Positions 21,132 to 31,496 of a DNA stretch of 64,000 nt are shown one piece after another. Position 1 is the stretch's first letter, and each line of letters begins with the position of its first letter. Below the pieces are notes generated by a model, which was given only the letters and a program-made list of their open reading frames with translations, was not told where the DNA came from and made no database searches. Position numbers and translations under genes: made by a program. The DNA is from an uncultured Pelagibacteraceae bacterium (GTDB lineage Bacteria; Pseudomonadota; Alphaproteobacteria; Pelagibacterales; Pelagibacteraceae): contig CACGOM010000003.1 in the NCBI GenBank assembly GCA_902574705.1, positions 12,405-76,404 of the forward strand. Direction: 5' to 3'.

Positions 21132-21527
21132 TTATTTTCTAGTATAATGTTGCTTTAAGGGTATTACTGATCTAACTCCACCTTGTGGATTATCAACATC
21201 TCCTTCTCGTCTAGGAATCAAATGAATATGGCAATGCATTATTGATTGACCTGCAATTTTACCAGAATTTGTGCCGATATTAAAACCCTTAACAGTTGTG
21301 TCTTCTTTCAAAATTTTTTCTTTAGTTTTCAAAATTAGTTCATGACATGCTTGGACTTCCTCAGAACTTAATTCAAAGTAATTGTCAACATGTCTTTTGG
21401 GGACAATAAGACTATGAAATTTTGAAACTGGATAGCTATCAATTGACGAATAAGCTAATTGGTTTTCGAATTGAAGTTCTTCTTTTCTTATTTTGCAAAA
21501 TATACAGGGATTGTTTGGATCTTTCAT
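21132..21527 (-). CDS. HIT family protein
   Basis: CIFC...GQSIMHCHIHLIPR histidine triad. Confidence 0.93.
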   Translation of the reverse strand: MKDPNNPCIFCKIRKEELQFENQLAYSSIDSYPVSKFHSLIVPKRHVDNYFELSSEEVQACHELILKTKEKILKEDTTVKGFNIGTNSGKIAGQSIMHCHIHLIPRREGDVDNPQGGVRSVIPLKQHYTRK

Positions 21528-21529
21528 CT

Positions 21530-22273
21530 TTAAATAAGAGAATTATATATTTTATTTAATTTACGATAACAAACTATTTTTTTTCTTTTCCAATTTAGTT
21601 CATCTATTTTTGAAACTGAGGTAATGCCTTTTCCTGAGCCTATCAAAAGAATTTCATCAAAATTCTGAATTTTATTAATTGAAATATCTTTTCTTATAAT
21701 TTTTATTTTTTTATTTATATATTTAATTGTATTTCCAAAGTAACAATTTTTCTTTGGGCAGTAAACTTTTCCATTTTGAACAAAAACCAAATTAGACGTA
21801 CCAGTTTCTAATATTTTATTATTTGAAACTAATGCAATATCAAATTTGGTTAGATCAAATTTGCTCAGCTTTGAAATTATTTTTTTATAATATAAATTTT
21901 TATAATTTGGGTCTATTCGTTTATATTTAAACAATAAAAGATTAAAATTATTTTTAGGTATTGGTCTTTTTCTTATAGAAACAGAAACAAGTGTTTTATT
22001 TAAAGCAATTCTAAATAAATTATCAGGACCTTTGTATAAAGTATTTTTTTTTATCAACTCTATAACAATATTCTTTAAATTTTTTTTTCTTATTCCATAA
22101 TTTTTTGTAGATTTGATTAAATTTTCTAAATGAGGTTTTAAAAGTATTAATTTTGGAGGTCTTCCAACCATTCTCATAGTGGTAAATACACCTCTCGATC
22201 CCCAAAGATCTTTAAAAGGAACCTCTTTAAGATTACTAAGCTGATAAGATTTTTTTAATAAGAATGTCGCCAT
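21530..22273 (-). CDS. pabC: Aminotransferase class IV (probable aminodeoxychorismate lyase)
   Basis: GVFTTMR and LETGTSNL motifs; follows pabB and pabA homologs. Confidence 0.7.
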   Translation of the reverse strand: MATFLLKKSYQLSNLKEVPFKDLWGSRGVFTTMRMVGRPPKLILLKPHLENLIKSTKNYGIRKKNLKNIVIELIKKNTLYKGPDNLFRIALNKTLVSVSIRKRPIPKNNFNLLLFKYKRIDPNYKNLYYKKIISKLSKFDLTKFDIALVSNNKILETGTSNLVFVQNGKVYCPKKNCYFGNTIKYINKKIKIIRKDISINKIQNFDEILLIGSGKGITSVSKIDELNWKRKKIVCYRKLNKIYNSLI

Positions 22274-22793
22274 TTTCAGTTAAAAAAGATTCTGGATGAA
22301 ATTGAAATCCATATATTTTATTTTTATTATCCTCAAGACCCATTGGTATTTTTGTTTTACTGCATCTCATAGTTATTTTAATTGAATTGGATTTAAATGG
22401 CTCCATTAATTTCAATGAATGGTATCTACCTACTTTAAAATGCTGATTATTTTTAAATACTTCACTTTCTTTATTTGTTTTTATTTCAGATTGAAATCCA
22501 TGGTATATTTTTTTTTGTTGTACTATTTTACCACCTTCATTATATAAAATCATTTGATAACCTAAACATATACCAATTATTTTTTTCTTACCTTTGTATT
22601 TATTATAAATTTTTGAAGAGAGTGGGTAATTTTTTGGAGAACCGGGTCCTGGTGAAAAAACTATAACATCACTCTTATCAAGTAAATTATTATTTATCTC
22701 ATAATAATTACTACAAATAACTTTATCAAATTTTGAAAACTGATGGACAACATTCCATGTAAATGAGTCTTGATGATCTATAATGTAAATCAT
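22236..22793 (-). CDS. pabA: Aminodeoxychorismate/anthranilate synthase component II (GATase)
   Basis: IDHQDSFT, SPGPGSP, GICLG, RYHSL and QFHPES motifs. Confidence 0.8.
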   Translation of the reverse strand: MIYIIDHQDSFTWNVVHQFSKFDKVICSNYYEINNNLLDKSDVIVFSPGPGSPKNYPLSSKIYNKYKGKKKIIGICLGYQMILYNEGGKIVQQKKIYHGFQSEIKTNKESEVFKNNQHFKVGRYHSLKLMEPFKSNSIKITMRCSKTKIPMGLEDNKNKIYGFQFHPESFLTENGDILIKKILSA

Positions 22794-24016
22794 TTAAATA
22801 GCTCCAATAAAGATTTTGCTTTTATATAATTTTCATTAAACTCTTTTTTTGAAGAACTGTCTAAAACGACTCCTGATGCTGCTGAAATTTCTGACTGATT
22901 TTTGAAATTTAGAATAGATCTTATAATTATATTAAATTTCATATCTTGGTTAAATTTTATATAACCGAAGCTTCCAGTAAATATATTTCTACTCTCTTTT
23001 TCTTGTCTATTTAATAACTCTAATGTTCTTATTTTTGGACAACCAATAACAGAACCTCCTGGCATCATTGCTTTAATAATATCTATTAACTTTGCATTTT
23101 TATTTAATTTTCCACCAATAGAAGTAACGTAATGGTATAAGTGTTTATATTCTTCAACATATTTTTTTTTAAGTATTTTTACTGTTCCGGGTATACAAAT
23201 TTTTGATAAATCGCTTCTTTCCATGTCAACAATCATATTATGCTCTTTAGTTTCTTTTTCATTATTTTTAAAATATTTAAGAGCAATTAATTTATTGGTT
23301 GAAATATTTTTTTTTAACGTTCCGGCAATTGGTTTTGTAATTATAGTATTTTTTTTCTTATCTAGAAGTGTCTCTGGAGAACAACTAACTATTGAATAAT
23401 CTTTATCTTTAATCATGAAAGACTCTGGTGAGGCGTTTACCTTCATAAGTTTCCAAAAGAAATTTACTGGATTTATTAAAGATTTGTTTTTGTACTTGGT
23501 GCATATTTTAATTTGATAAGTTTCGCCTTCTCTTATTTTTTTTGAAAATAAATCAAATATCTTTTTATATTTTTCATAAGAAATATTAATTTTAAATGGA
23601 CTTAAAATCTGAGTTTTATTAAATTGATTGTTAAATTTTTGATGCTTTATATTTGATATAATTTTAATATCTTTTCTAATTTTTATTATTGTTTCTGGTT
23701 TATAAAAAATTCCTTTATAAAAATTTATTCTTTTCTTATTCTTTATATTAATACCGATTAAATTACACAAAATTTCATAACCAAAAAAACCAAGATATAA
23801 ATCTGTTTCTTTTTTATATTTTTTTTTTTCAATTGATTGAAGGAATTTTTTAATATTTTTTTTATTTAAAAGAATCTTCTTGGAAAAATCTGTGTAAATA
23901 TTATATCCATCATCTATTTTGTAAATAATTAACGGTTTATCTGATTGATAAAGTTTCTCTAAGTAAGGATTAAATTTTAGTTTATGCTGTTTGTAATCTT
24001 TCAATTGGTTTCTCAT
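22790..24016 (-). CDS. pabB: Chorismate-binding aminodeoxychorismate synthase component I
   Basis: SPE, KPIAGT, EHNMIVDMERSDL and PGGSVIGCPK motifs. Confidence 0.78.
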   Translation of the reverse strand: MRNQLKDYKQHKLKFNPYLEKLYQSDKPLIIYKIDDGYNIYTDFSKKILLNKKNIKKFLQSIEKKKYKKETDLYLGFFGYEILCNLIGINIKNKKRINFYKGIFYKPETIIKIRKDIKIISNIKHQKFNNQFNKTQILSPFKINISYEKYKKIFDLFSKKIREGETYQIKICTKYKNKSLINPVNFFWKLMKVNASPESFMIKDKDYSIVSCSPETLLDKKKNTIITKPIAGTLKKNISTNKLIALKYFKNNEKETKEHNMIVDMERSDLSKICIPGTVKILKKKYVEEYKHLYHYVTSIGGKLNKNAKLIDIIKAMMPGGSVIGCPKIRTLELLNRQEKESRNIFTGSFGYIKFNQDMKFNIIIRSILNFKNQSEISAASGVVLDSSSKKEFNENYIKAKSLLELFK

Positions 24017-25196
24017 TAATTGGCAAATGTATTAATCCTGCAAAAATTGATAAAGCTATTGATCCGTACCACGCATAGTCAAAATTTCCATTCATTTCGT
24101 AAAATACTCCACCCAAATAAGCCCCTAAAAATGATCCGATTTGATGGCTTACAAAAACAATACCATACAACATTCCCACATATTTAGTTCCAAAGATATG
24201 TGCCACAATGCCGTTTGTAGGTGGTACTGTGGAAAGCCATAAGAAACCAAAAGTAATTCCAAAAATAATTGAATTAATAACGCTTGGAGGAAAAAAGATG
24301 AATATCATAATTGAAACTCCTCTTAAAAGATAAATTGCACTCAGAATTTTTTTCTTACTATATTTAGTAGATAGATATCCGCTTGTTATAGTTCCAACCA
24401 TATTGAATAAGCCAATTAATGATAATACAGCCGTCGCACACCAATCAGGTAATCCTTTATCCATCATGTCTGTTGGTATATGCGTTGCAACTAATGCAAT
24501 GTGCCAACCACATACAAAAAAACCTAGTGTTAAATATATAAAACTTTTGTTTGCAAAAGCTTCTTTCAGTGCATCTGCAGCGCTTTGATCTTTATTTTGG
24601 TTTTCTCCAACAGGTATTTTCGGAGTACTTACAAATAATGCTACCAGCAATCCCAAGCCTAATAATAAACAAAAATAGAAAATAGTATTTTCCCAACCAC
24701 TCTCATTTAAAGAATATTTAACCAATACTGGTGATACAAAGTATCCAAACGAACCAGCGCAGGTAACTATACCAGTAGCTATAGTTCTTTTAGAAGCAGG
24801 AAAATGTTTTGCAACTACAGATACTGGAATACCTATAGCTGTTGATCCAAGACCTACGCCAATTAAAACTCCTATTGTGTAAATAAAATAGACGCCAGTA
24901 TTAAAACCTGAATAAAATAGAACAACTCCAAGTAAAAAGAATAAAAAACCTAAAAAAATTGCAATATTTCCTCCATACTTATCTGTTATTACTCCAAATA
25001 GTGGACTGAATGCTCCCCATAAAAATAATTGTAAGCCCATCGCAAAACCAAATTGGGATATTGAGATATCTAAATCTGTTGAAAAATCAAAATAGAACAA
25101 TCCAAAAGTTTGTCTAATACCCAAAGCAATTATGACAACTAAACAACACGCAACCAAGGTAATAAAAGCACTTCTGCTTGGAAAAAATTTATCCAT
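23982..25196 (-). CDS. MFS transporter
   Basis: 12-TM pattern; GVITDKYG motif A. Confidence 0.88.
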   Translation of the reverse strand: MDKFFPSRSAFITLVACCLVVIIALGIRQTFGLFYFDFSTDLDISISQFGFAMGLQLFLWGAFSPLFGVITDKYGGNIAIFLGFLFFLLGVVLFYSGFNTGVYFIYTIGVLIGVGLGSTAIGIPVSVVAKHFPASKRTIATGIVTCAGSFGYFVSPVLVKYSLNESGWENTIFYFCLLLGLGLLVALFVSTPKIPVGENQNKDQSAADALKEAFANKSFIYLTLGFFVCGWHIALVATHIPTDMMDKGLPDWCATAVLSLIGLFNMVGTITSGYLSTKYSKKKILSAIYLLRGVSIMIFIFFPPSVINSIIFGITFGFLWLSTVPPTNGIVAHIFGTKYVGMLYGIVFVSHQIGSFLGAYLGGVFYEMNGNFDYAWYGSIALSIFAGLIHLPINEKPIERLQTA

Positions 25197-25200
25197 ATGG

Positions 25201-26379
25201 TTATTTTATTTTTTTAAGCGCTTGCTTCAAGTCATTAATTATATCATTTGGATCCTCAAGGCCAATATGAAGTCTAATTATATGTTCATCTTTTTTTAAG
25301 TTTAAATAACTTCGAGCACCTAATTGATTTTGATTTTGATAAAGCGCTAAACTTTCAAAACCGCCCCAGCTAAAACCATATCCAAATAATTTTAAAGAAT
25401 TTATAAAACTTTTTACTGAAGTTTTATTTTTAGATTTAATTCTCAGACCCATAAGTCCAGATGCACCTGAATAATATTTTTTCCACAACTTATATCTAGG
25501 AGTATTCTTTTTATAAGGATAACAAACTTTAACTACTTTTTTTTGTTTGGATAAAAATTTTGCAACTTTTAAAGCATTTACATGGTGTTTATCCATTCTT
25601 AAATCCAATGTTCTAATACCTCTAAGGATAAAGTATGCATCATCGGGACTTAATCTTAAACCAGTTACCTTATTTGTAGCCTCTACCATTTTAAACACTC
25701 GTTTGTTTATTGCCAAACTACCACCCATAACATCTGAATGACCAGAGTAGTATTTTGTAGCTGAGACAATTGACATATCAAAGCCCAACTTGATTGGTTT
25801 AATTAAATACGGTGTGCCCCAGGTGTTATCAATTGCAGTATAGATTTTATTTTTTTTTGCCAAAGAAACAATTTTATTTAAATCTTGAAATTCAAACGTG
25901 TTACTGCCTGGGTTTTCAACAAGTATTAATTTTGTTTTTTTTGTTATTTTACTTTTAAGGTCATTAAAATTAGTTGGATCATAAAAAATACTTTTTACAT
26001 TAAATTTTTTTAAATAATCTTGAGTTAATAATCTTGTTGGTGAATAAACTGAGTCTGTAACAAGTATTTCGTCTCCTGGCTCAACAACGCTTAAAACACC
26101 TAAAAAAACTGCACCAAAGCCAGTTGGTGTAAGGTATACTTTATAACATTCTTCCATCTCTTGAAGGATTCTTTGTAGAGCGTGTGTTGTGGAAGTTCCT
26201 TGTCTACCATAATCAAAATTTCCACTTCTTGGATCTCTTAAATATTTTTTTTGTGTCTTCTCTATTTCTTGAAGATTTTTAAATATTATTGTTGAAGCTC
26301 TAACTACTGGTGGGTTAACCGATTGATTGTGAAAATCTTTAGCTGTATGTTTAATGAACGTACGAAAGTTAGTTTTCAT
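25201..26379 (-). CDS. metC: Cystathionine beta-lyase
   Basis: VNPPVVRAST, YGRQGT, SATKYYSGHSD and GFSWGGFESL motifs; start set to ATG 26379. Confidence 0.88.
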   Translation of the reverse strand: MKTNFRTFIKHTAKDFHNQSVNPPVVRASTIIFKNLQEIEKTQKKYLRDPRSGNFDYGRQGTSTTHALQRILQEMEECYKVYLTPTGFGAVFLGVLSVVEPGDEILVTDSVYSPTRLLTQDYLKKFNVKSIFYDPTNFNDLKSKITKKTKLILVENPGSNTFEFQDLNKIVSLAKKNKIYTAIDNTWGTPYLIKPIKLGFDMSIVSATKYYSGHSDVMGGSLAINKRVFKMVEATNKVTGLRLSPDDAYFILRGIRTLDLRMDKHHVNALKVAKFLSKQKKVVKVCYPYKKNTPRYKLWKKYYSGASGLMGLRIKSKNKTSVKSFINSLKLFGYGFSWGGFESLALYQNQNQLGARSYLNLKKDEHIIRLHIGLEDPNDIINDLKQALKKIK

Positions 26380-26453
26380 ATAATATTGATATTTATTCGA
26401 CAATGCTATATCCATTCGATAAGTCAATATAATTAACAAAAGGATTGAACAAT

Positions 26454-26537
26454 ATGGGTTACCCAAAAAAACACAGAGGTCGAAGAAAAATGGGCTCAAA
26501 AAAAAGAAGAGCTAGAAAGAAAAATAAGAAAAAATAA
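26454..26537 (+). CDS. 27-aa highly basic small protein MGYPKKHRGRRKMGSKKRRARKKNKKK (not in ORF track)
   Basis: ATG..TAA ORF with an AAGGA RBS and TATAAT upstream; 16 of 27 residues are K/R. Confidence 0.65.
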   Translation: MGYPKKHRGRRKMGSKKRRARKKNKKK

Positions 26538-26544
26538 TCATATA

Positions 26545-27234
26545 ATGGAGAATATTAATCGAGTTAAATCCATAACATTATGGATTTTTTTTGTTCCATT
26601 CATCGCCGTAAACGTTTGTTTAATATTAGTTACAAATTTCCATGAATTGTTTTTAAGTGAAGCTGATAGATTGCATAATACAATTCCATACATTGATGGG
26701 AAAGCTTCAATAAGTAGAGTTGCAAGAGTTTTTCCTACATATTTTATATTTAAACCAGCAATGTTTTTAACATCGTATTTATTAATTAAATATTGGATTT
26801 ATAATAAAAATATAATTCAATCCTTTGATGAAAATACAAAGCATTTAAATAAAATAATTTTTTTCGGTATTGGATCAGCTATATTATTAACAGTTCACTC
26901 AATTTTTTTAGGTATCAAATTTGATTATGATTTATACAAACTTTTTAGAAGAGTCGTAATGGTATCATTTATCGTTTTTGAAATCGTTGCTCAAGCTTAT
27001 TTAGTATTTATACTTTATAAAATGAAAAATAAATTACACAATTATATTAATTTCAGATTTTTATTTGCTAAAAGGGTATTGGTAACGCTGTTAATAATTG
27101 TTGCAATTATTTCTATTCCAATAATTAGTTCACCCGGTTATAAATTTTTGAAACACGCGTTAGAGTGGGATTATTTTGTTGGTGTAATTTCTTTTTATTT
27201 GTTAACTTTTTTTATGTGGAAAAAAACTAATTAG
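26545..27234 (+). CDS. Hypothetical integral membrane protein
   Basis: 229 aa with about 6 TM helices. Confidence 0.75.
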   Translation: MENINRVKSITLWIFFVPFIAVNVCLILVTNFHELFLSEADRLHNTIPYIDGKASISRVARVFPTYFIFKPAMFLTSYLLIKYWIYNKNIIQSFDENTKHLNKIIFFGIGSAILLTVHSIFLGIKFDYDLYKLFRRVVMVSFIVFEIVAQAYLVFILYKMKNKLHNYINFRFLFAKRVLVTLLIIVAIISIPIISSPGYKFLKHALEWDYFVGVISFYLLTFFMWKKTN

Positions 27235-28342
27235 AGATCCATCCTCCACCTAAAAGTTTATCACCTCTGTCATCTTTTTTATAAAATACACAAGCTTGTC
27301 CTGGCGATATTCCATATTCATCTTGTAATAATTCTACATCCCCTGTGCTATTTTGTATTTTTACTTTTGATTTAATTAACTTACCAGTAGATCTAACTTT
27401 CACAAAAATTTCTTTATTAAAATCATCTTTATTACTTAAAATATTTATATTCCTTAGCTGAATTTTTCTTTTTACTAATTTTTCTTTTTCACCAACAATT
27501 ATTTCATTCTTTTCAGAATTAATTTCAAGAACATAAAGTGGTTTTTTTTCTGCGATTTTTATTCCCTTCCTTTGGCCTATAGTAAAATTTACTATACCAT
27601 CATGTACACCAATTACTTTTCCATCTAAATTTTTAATGTTACCTTTTTGGAAAGCATCTGGTCTAAATTTTTGTATAACAGATACATAGTCGCCATTTGG
27701 TACAAAACAAATATCTTGGCTATCTGGTTTATCAGCAACATTTAAATTTAATTTTTTAGCAATTTCTCTTGTTTCATTTTTCATCATTCCACCAAGAGGA
27801 AATCTTAAATAATTTAATTGTTCACGCGTTGTATTAAATAAAAAATAACTTTGGTCTCTATTTTCATCTATTGCTCTATACATGTTTGTTTCATTATTTT
27901 GAGTTATGCTTTTCACATAGTGTCCAGTAATGAGAGCATCGGCATTAAGATTTTTACTTTCCTCAAAAAGATCTTTAAATTTGACAGTCTGGTTACATTG
28001 AACGCACGGAATTGGTGTTTCGCCAGCTAAATAACTCTCTACAAAATTATCAACAACCCCTTGTTTGAATTTTGACTGATAATATAAAATTTTATGTTCA
28101 ATATCTAATTTACCAGCTACTCGTTTTGCATCTATAATATCCTGGCCAGCACAGCATTGCTTTGACTTCGCTGTTTGTTGGGTATCATCATAGAGTTTAA
28201 GAGTTATTCCTATTACTTTATAACCTTCTTTTTTCATCATACCTGCCACAGTTGATGAGTCTACTCCTCCCGACATTGCCACAACAACTTTAGTATCTTT
28301 AGGGTCTTTTTCTAGACCAATTGAATTAATTTTAGATTTCAT
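27227..28342 (-). CDS. mnmA: tRNA 2-thiouridine synthase
   Basis: [22 protein letters not shown] and TIGQRKG motifs. Confidence 0.97.
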   Translation of the reverse strand: MKSKINSIGLEKDPKDTKVVVAMSGGVDSSTVAGMMKKEGYKVIGITLKLYDDTQQTAKSKQCCAGQDIIDAKRVAGKLDIEHKILYYQSKFKQGVVDNFVESYLAGETPIPCVQCNQTVKFKDLFEESKNLNADALITGHYVKSITQNNETNMYRAIDENRDQSYFLFNTTREQLNYLRFPLGGMMKNETREIAKKLNLNVADKPDSQDICFVPNGDYVSVIQKFRPDAFQKGNIKNLDGKVIGVHDGIVNFTIGQRKGIKIAEKKPLYVLEINSEKNEIIVGEKEKLVKRKIQLRNINILSNKDDFNKEIFVKVRSTGKLIKSKVKIQNSTGDVELLQDEYGISPGQACVFYKKDDRGDKLLGGGWISN

Positions 28343-28384
28343 TAAGTTTGTATTTACACTCTTTTACTTTATAAGTGAAATACA

Positions 28385-28573
28385 ATGATATTTGACTTTG
28401 AGCCAGGAGACAAAGTGGTAAATCCTAATAACAAAGAATGGGGCGTTGGTCAGGTACAATCAATTATTAAAGAAAAAATTACAGTAAATTTTGAAAATGC
28501 AGGTAAAAAAGTGATAAACGGAAACATAATAACTTTGGAAAAATTTAAAAATTATGGAAATCAAAAAGATTGA
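28385..28573 (+). CDS. DUF3553-family protein
   Basis: PGD.V..P...WG.GQVQS...TVNFENAGK pattern. Confidence 0.8.
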   Translation: MIFDFEPGDKVVNPNNKEWGVGQVQSIIKEKITVNFENAGKKVINGNIITLEKFKNYGNQKD

Positions 28574-29321
28574 AAGTGCTATAGAAAATCTTAAGGAAGT
28601 TTTTTTTAATGCTGGAAATATTTCTATTGAGTTGAGAAACAAAGGGTTAATTGAACATATTAAAAAGGACAAAACACCTGTCACAAATGGTGATATAGAA
28701 GTAAATAATATTATATTAGATAATTTAAAAAAAATTACACCTAGTATTCCGATAGTATCAGAAGAAACTGTAGAAAATAAAAACTTAAATTTAAATACTT
28801 TTTGGTTAGTTGATCCAATTGATGGAACATACGATTATATAAATAATAAAGATGAATTTACGCTTAATGCTGGTCTTATAGTCAATAAATCAGCTTTAGC
28901 TGGGATAATTTATGCACCTGCAAAAAATAGAATGTTTTACACTTATGGGAATAATTTAAGTTACGAATTTAAAAACAATAAAGAAGAGGTTCTTAATAAT
29001 AAAACAATTGATAAAAATCATATTAAAGCTGTAAGTTATTCTAATAATTTAAGGTCGGAAATTACTGAAATTCACAAAAAATTAAATGTTAAGGAATATA
29101 TTAAAATGAAAAGTTCTCTAAAATTTTGTGTAGTTGCCACTGGAGAGTTTCATGTTTATGTTGCAGAACCTAGGGCATATGAATGGGACATTGCCGCTGG
29201 ACATGCAATTTTAAAAAACTCAGGAGGTATTGCAACAGACTTTAGTGGTAAAGAAATTTTATATGGAAAAAAAGACTTTAAAAATCCCAGTATAATTTTA
29301 AAATCTTTAAAATCATTATAA
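28554..29321 (+). CDS. cysQ: 3'(2'),5'-bisphosphate nucleotidase CysQ family
   Basis: TPVT.GD, VSEE, WLVDPIDGT and WDIAAGHAIL motifs. Confidence 0.85.
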   Translation: MEIKKIESAIENLKEVFFNAGNISIELRNKGLIEHIKKDKTPVTNGDIEVNNIILDNLKKITPSIPIVSEETVENKNLNLNTFWLVDPIDGTYDYINNKDEFTLNAGLIVNKSALAGIIYAPAKNRMFYTYGNNLSYEFKNNKEEVLNNKTIDKNHIKAVSYSNNLRSEITEIHKKLNVKEYIKMKSSLKFCVVATGEFHVYVAEPRAYEWDIAAGHAILKNSGGIATDFSGKEILYGKKDFKNPSIILKSLKSL

Positions 29322-29464
29322 TGGATGAAACATTAAGAATTATATTAATTATAATAGTATCAGTCTCTATTTTTGGACTATTAGTTTTTGTATTTGTTAA
29401 AAATTACATAAGAAAAAGACTTGAATACTATCTACAAGAAAAAAATAAAAACAAAAAATTATAA
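29321..29464 (+). CDS. 47-aa single-TM small protein (not in ORF track)
   Basis: TAATG-coupled to the cysQ stop; MDETLRIILIIIVSVSIFGLLVFVFVKNYIRKR... Confidence 0.6.
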   Translation: MDETLRIILIIIVSVSIFGLLVFVFVKNYIRKRLEYYLQEKNKNKKL

Positions 29465-30022
29465 TAAATTTATTATTTTTAAATATTCTTCTTTATCTAA
29501 ATTAATAATACGTCTGGATGTTTCGAAATCAAAACCTGATCTAGCCAATATTCCTAAATCTTTTTTCATAAATAACGGTCTATTATTTTCGTCTCTAGCT
29601 GGGCCAATCCTTTTTTTCTTACAAACCTTAATTGCAGAGAAAAAATCTTGATCGTCATTATTTTGCTTAATGTTCTCCAAAGTCTCGTTTATATATTTAT
29701 CTTTAATACCTTTAGAAAGGAGATAGTTTCTTATTTTATTTATTGAGCTACCTCTTTGTATTAAACTTTTAGCTTTCGAACTCGAGTAGAATTTATCATT
29801 AATAAATTTAGTTTTCTCTAAATCTTCTAATACTACGTCAATTAAATTGGTTATATTTTTTTTACTTACATTAGCTGCTCCAGATTTTAAATATTTTTTT
29901 AATAAATAGGTTCTTAGTTGCTGTTTTGATGGTGCATATTTCTCAATATAAATAAAAGCAAAATTTCTCATTTCTTCTACTGTCGCTTCAAGATTTTTTT
30001 TTTTATTTTTTATAGGAATCAT
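29459..30022 (-). CDS. recX: RecX family regulatory protein
   Basis: FINDKFY...RGSS..KIR.YL..KGI and LARSGF; alphaproteobacterial RecX pattern. Confidence 0.8.
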   Translation of the reverse strand: MIPIKNKKKNLEATVEEMRNFAFIYIEKYAPSKQQLRTYLLKKYLKSGAANVSKKNITNLIDVVLEDLEKTKFINDKFYSSSKAKSLIQRGSSINKIRNYLLSKGIKDKYINETLENIKQNNDDQDFFSAIKVCKKKRIGPARDENNRPLFMKKDLGILARSGFDFETSRRIINLDKEEYLKIINLL

Positions 30023-30050
30023 TAATTAAAGTTATATAATATACTTTTAT

Positions 30051-30524
30051 ATGCTCGAACAAATATCAACATACTTTACTATTGAAATGGTTTATCTGTG
30101 GTTGAATATTGGTGTGATACCATTTTGGTTGATGTTAATATTTTTGCCTAATTCAAAATTAGGAAGTATTTTTGTAAGCTCTATTTTTCCAATATTTGTA
30201 TTATCAGGTGCCTATATATTTATTATTTATAAATCTTATTTGGGTTCATACGATTTTTATAATAACTTTAGTCTTTATCTTGGAATAAATAATTTAAGTG
30301 ATTTATTCACAAACAAAGAATTTATAATTATTTTTTGGATACATTTTTTAGCAATAAATCTTTTTTGTGGATCATGGATGTCCAGAGATGCATCGAAACT
30401 TCTAATCACAAAATATATTATGTTTTTTCCACTGGTAATAACTTATTTTATTGGACCGTTAGGAATATTTATTTATTGGATAATAAGAATGTTTTATGCA
30501 AAAAAAATAAGTCTTTATGACTAA
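30051..30524 (+). CDS. ABA4-like / DUF4281 membrane protein
   Basis: PFWLMLI..P, WIHFLAINLF.G and GPLG motifs. Confidence 0.82.
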   Translation: MLEQISTYFTIEMVYLWLNIGVIPFWLMLIFLPNSKLGSIFVSSIFPIFVLSGAYIFIIYKSYLGSYDFYNNFSLYLGINNLSDLFTNKEFIIIFWIHFLAINLFCGSWMSRDASKLLITKYIMFFPLVITYFIGPLGIFIYWIIRMFYAKKISLYD

Positions 30525-31101
30525 AAATATAGACTTCTACTTTGATTTTATAAGTCCTTATACATACTTGGGTCACAAAAGAATTCAAAATGAAGGTAAT
30601 GGAATAAATTTTATTTATAAACCAATTTTGCTGGGTGGATTACACAAATTATGGAATATAACTCCTCAAGCATATATCGAGCCAAAAAAAAAATTTATGA
30701 TATCGGACTGTGAAATGGTTTCAAAGAAATTCAAAATTGATTTTAAGTTTAACTCTAATTTTCCAATCAATACAATTAAGCTTATGAGAGGTTGTTTAAT
30801 TTTAGATGAAGATCAGTTAAAAAAATACATTAATTTAGTTTTTGAAGATTACTGGAAAAATGACAAGGATTTAACAAATACTGATGTTCTATCTAAAATT
30901 TTAAATAAAATTGAAATTAATTTAGATGAATTTTTTAAAAAGATAGAGAGTAATGAAGTCAAAGAAAAATTAAAAAAATTAACTAATGATGCTTTCAAAA
31001 AAAATATCTTTGGAGCTCCAACATATGTTGTTAATGATAAAAATTTCTGGGGACAGGACAGATTTGAATATGCTATTGAAGAATTTAAATCTATTTTTTA
31101 A
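30517..31101 (+). CDS. 2-hydroxychromene-2-carboxylate isomerase / DsbA-like protein
   Basis: FYFDFISPYTY, FGAPT and FWGQDR motifs. Confidence 0.88.
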   Translation: MTKNIDFYFDFISPYTYLGHKRIQNEGNGINFIYKPILLGGLHKLWNITPQAYIEPKKKFMISDCEMVSKKFKIDFKFNSNFPINTIKLMRGCLILDEDQLKKYINLVFEDYWKNDKDLTNTDVLSKILNKIEINLDEFFKKIESNEVKEKLKKLTNDAFKKNIFGAPTYVVNDKNFWGQDRFEYAIEEFKSIF

Positions 31102-31477
31102 TTTTAAATTTAGAATTTTGTAAAGCTGAAAATCCACCAGCAATATGAGAAACTTTTTTATACCCCATTTCTTTCAGAGCTTTAGTCGCTAGTGCTGATC
31201 TTCCGCCAGCAGCACAAAATAAAATAGTTTCTTTATTAGTGTCTATAATTCCATTCTGTATCAAAGGGCCATTCGGATCAAATTGAAATTCTAATAAACC
31301 TCTTGGAATATTAATTGATTCTTCAACAGCACCTGATACGGCTAGCTCATTTGAATCTCTTATATCTATTAGATTGCAATTATTTTCCTGATAAATTTTA
31401 AAGGCTTCATCAGAGGTAATAGTTTTAATTTCTTCCATTGCTTCGGAAACTAGAGTTTGCGCTGTTTTTATAGACAT
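31091..31477 (-). CDS. Rhodanese-like domain protein
   Basis: IDIR, IPRGLLEF and CAAGGRS active-site loop. Confidence 0.9.
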   Translation of the reverse strand: MSIKTAQTLVSEAMEEIKTITSDEAFKIYQENNCNLIDIRDSNELAVSGAVEESINIPRGLLEFQFDPNGPLIQNGIIDTNKETILFCAAGGRSALATKALKEMGYKKVSHIAGGFSALQNSKFKIKK

Positions 31478-31496
31478 AGTAAATATATAGTAACTT

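Noticed and set aside
21530-24016. Very AT-/Lys-rich pabBAC as horizontally acquired or pseudogenised DNA
   Set aside because: The ORFs are intact with catalytic motifs; the bias fits weakly expressed genes in an AT-rich genome
26380-26453. SAM-V or other riboswitch upstream of metC
   Set aside because: No recognisable consensus in the 74-nt gap
26380-26499. 40-aa N-terminal extension of metC
   Set aside because: It covers the divergent promoter region and the opposite-strand 27-aa ORF; MetC-like sequence begins at 26379
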